64,000 nucleotides of DNA from Callorhinchus milii (Eukaryota). Under the pieces are notes generated by a model. That model worked only from the letters and a program-made list of their open reading frames with translations, was not told the origin of the DNA and searched no databases. Position 1 is the stretch's first letter, and each line of letters starts with the position of its first letter. The stretch is from positions 57,166,001 through 57,230,000 of the forward strand of contig NW_024704742.1 in NCBI RefSeq assembly GCF_018977255.1. Reading direction: 5' to 3'. The position numbers and the translations under genes are program-made. Below, in pieces: positions 61,848 through 64,000 of the stretch.

Positions 61848-63029
61848 GTTGGGACGTTGAGCCTATAGACTAATCTGACACTCAATACAATGCTGTGTGT
61901 CACAGCCAATTTGCATTGTCAAGGATATTGCTGTGTGCAATTGGCTGCTGCATTCACCTGCAAATTAAACATAGTCCACTTGATAAAAAAGTGCATTGAG
62001 ATATGTTGATGTGATGAGCAAATATATCAGATGCAGTCATTAATATTACTGCCACTTTCCAGGAAATTGCACTTTGGACTCTACTGTAGTTTGTTTCCCA
62101 GTGAGTGTTTACTGCTGTTGAATTTTTACTTCACATCTTGTGACACAAAAGGGAATTTTACTGTCAAAGTGTGGAGTTATGTGATTTTTTAAAAAAGTTA
62201 TGTTATTTTTTAAAAGAAAATGAAGTCCTGATTTCTGGGATATTTGATTTACTTTTATAGAATGAATTGCTTAGTTGCATTTTGTATTGCAGCGAAGGTT
62301 GAATTAAATCAAACTGTTTATGTACTTGACCTGGTCAATGCAGATAGAGCTATTTGTACATTTCGGTAAATATACAGCTGGTTGTGCACTTTGTTCAGAT
62401 TCAGTAACTACACTGGCAAAAGCTGTGAGCACCAAAACTGAATAAAACCTTACATTAAATTTATATATTTGGATGTTTGGGAGTAGTTTCAAAGCTATAA
62501 TCGGGGGACTATTTTAAATTGGTTACAATTCATGATATCCCTCAAATTCAATTATTGCCTTATAATCCTGCTCAATTAATCCCTCTCACATAATTATTAT
62601 TATCTATACTTGTGATCTGGAAACATCAAATTGCTTTCAGACTGCAAGAAAATGAATGCTGTAGAATTGAGATAAAATAGCAGTGTGTTTATAACTAAAG
62701 AATTTTCTAAGTGTTTAGAGGGGATAGAGGAATGTCTTCAAATATTGTCGAATATGGTGCTCAACTTTCCAAGGGTTTGGTGCCTGATTTCTAAATTGCT
62801 ATATTGAGTGCTTTGCAACAGGGCAAAGTTTAATTGAGGAATTCAAAACTCCCCGAGTTCAATGTCGATCTTAAACCTGAAATTGGTGGTAGCTGTGTTT
62901 GAACCGTATTTAACGGACCTTAATTCAGCAGGATATTTGATGCTTGAATGAATCTAAATAACAAAAAAAAACTGTTGAATCTGAGCTGGGGGAGAAGGGG
63001 AAGCCTAAGAGATGGGGTGGGCTGGGTTG

Positions 63030-63255
63030 TCAATGCCTGTCGATGGTGGGATGGGGGACATGAAGTGGGATAGTGTTCGCTGAGTGAAGGGAATGGCTGG
63101 AGCGTTGTGGTTGGTGGAGTTCGTAGAGGTAGAGTGGGGCAAGACTGGTGAGGAATTTGAATGTGAGCTTGGGGATCTTGAGCGCTATCTGCTGAGGGAT
63201 GGACCCGAGTGACTTGCAGAGCCTGGCACAGAAAAGGACGCAGACCTTATTCATG
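63030..63255 (-). mobile_element. Degraded L2 3' fragment
   Basis: IPQQIALKIPKLTFKFLTSLAPLYLYELH..SLHS..LHVP. Confidence 0.65.
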
Positions 63256-64000
63256 TGAATTAATGGGGACTGGTGTATTAATTCAACAATGTTGCTTCAA
63301 TTTTAAGCTTTACTCTTTGCCTTTAGATATATAGTTGAACACTGTTATCACTCATTTCATTATTGCGATGTTTTGCTTAAGTGTTGAAATGTGGACCTGA
63401 TGTCAGTCACTTTCTTTATCTTGCAAAAAGCCGGCTAATATCTTGAAGTGCATTGTCTTTCTGGACACATGTCCAGTTACTGCGGAAGTGTTGACTGGCG
63501 ATTGTGCCCTGTTATAGAGCCAGTGGGATTTTATGGATTTACTATATTATACTGGAACTCCACTGTAATTGAATACGTACATTCAATTTTGTTTGGAATG
63601 AGTTTTTCAGCTGAATCTGAGTTTTTGTTAGAACCTACGCTGAAAATATATATTGCTCTGTGCCACACGTACAATAGCAATTATTAAAGTAGGCCTAAAG
63701 ATCATCTTTCATCTCTGGAAAAACAAAGCAATTATATATTTGTAATCATATTTATTGAGTCTTAGTAGAATGGAGCTTAAATCAGTACTTGACCTGAGCA
63801 ACTCGTTGGGTTGGATGCCAGAATTTTTTGGGGGTGGGCGGAATTCCTTGTACTAGTTCAGTGGCCACTTTGAGATGTTCATCCAAGTCGATCGATACTA
63901 AATAGGTGTACGTTTCTGTTGGTGATTACAGTCTGGGTGAGGGAAGGTGGAGAACATTACTTTCTCATCATTGCAGATAATATATTTTTTCATTTTTGCT

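Overview
Vertebrate genomic DNA; the repeat content (CR1 and L2 LINEs, DeuSINE-like and tRNA-headed SINEs, Penelope-type short repeats) suggests a cartilaginous fish, which is an inference. The only protein-coding gene I can support is a complete 4-exon HELT (bHLH-Orange repressor, about 240 aa) on the minus strand at 8623-10843, flanked by repeat-poor, enhancer-like non-coding blocks. The ~47 kb upstream of it is a repeat-rich gene desert. It contains a SINE-interrupted HSP70 pseudogene fragment (19344-19646) and a ~21 kb near-identical rearrangement of structure A-B-C-B'-A-B-C (22529-43699), in which one B copy alone carries a 67-bp L2-tail insertion. It also contains nested LINE/SINE clusters and a Penelope-type repeat with a minimal hammerhead-ribozyme-like core (45214-45251, minus). 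A CpG-rich promoter-like region, a G-rich purine tract and a C-rich minisatellite lie at 57950-59625; they probably mark the 5' end of the next gene, which I cannot identify from sequence. I found no evidence of a new multi-gene system. The most interesting signals concern retroelement biology and structural variation. All alignments and family calls were made by eye, without database searches.
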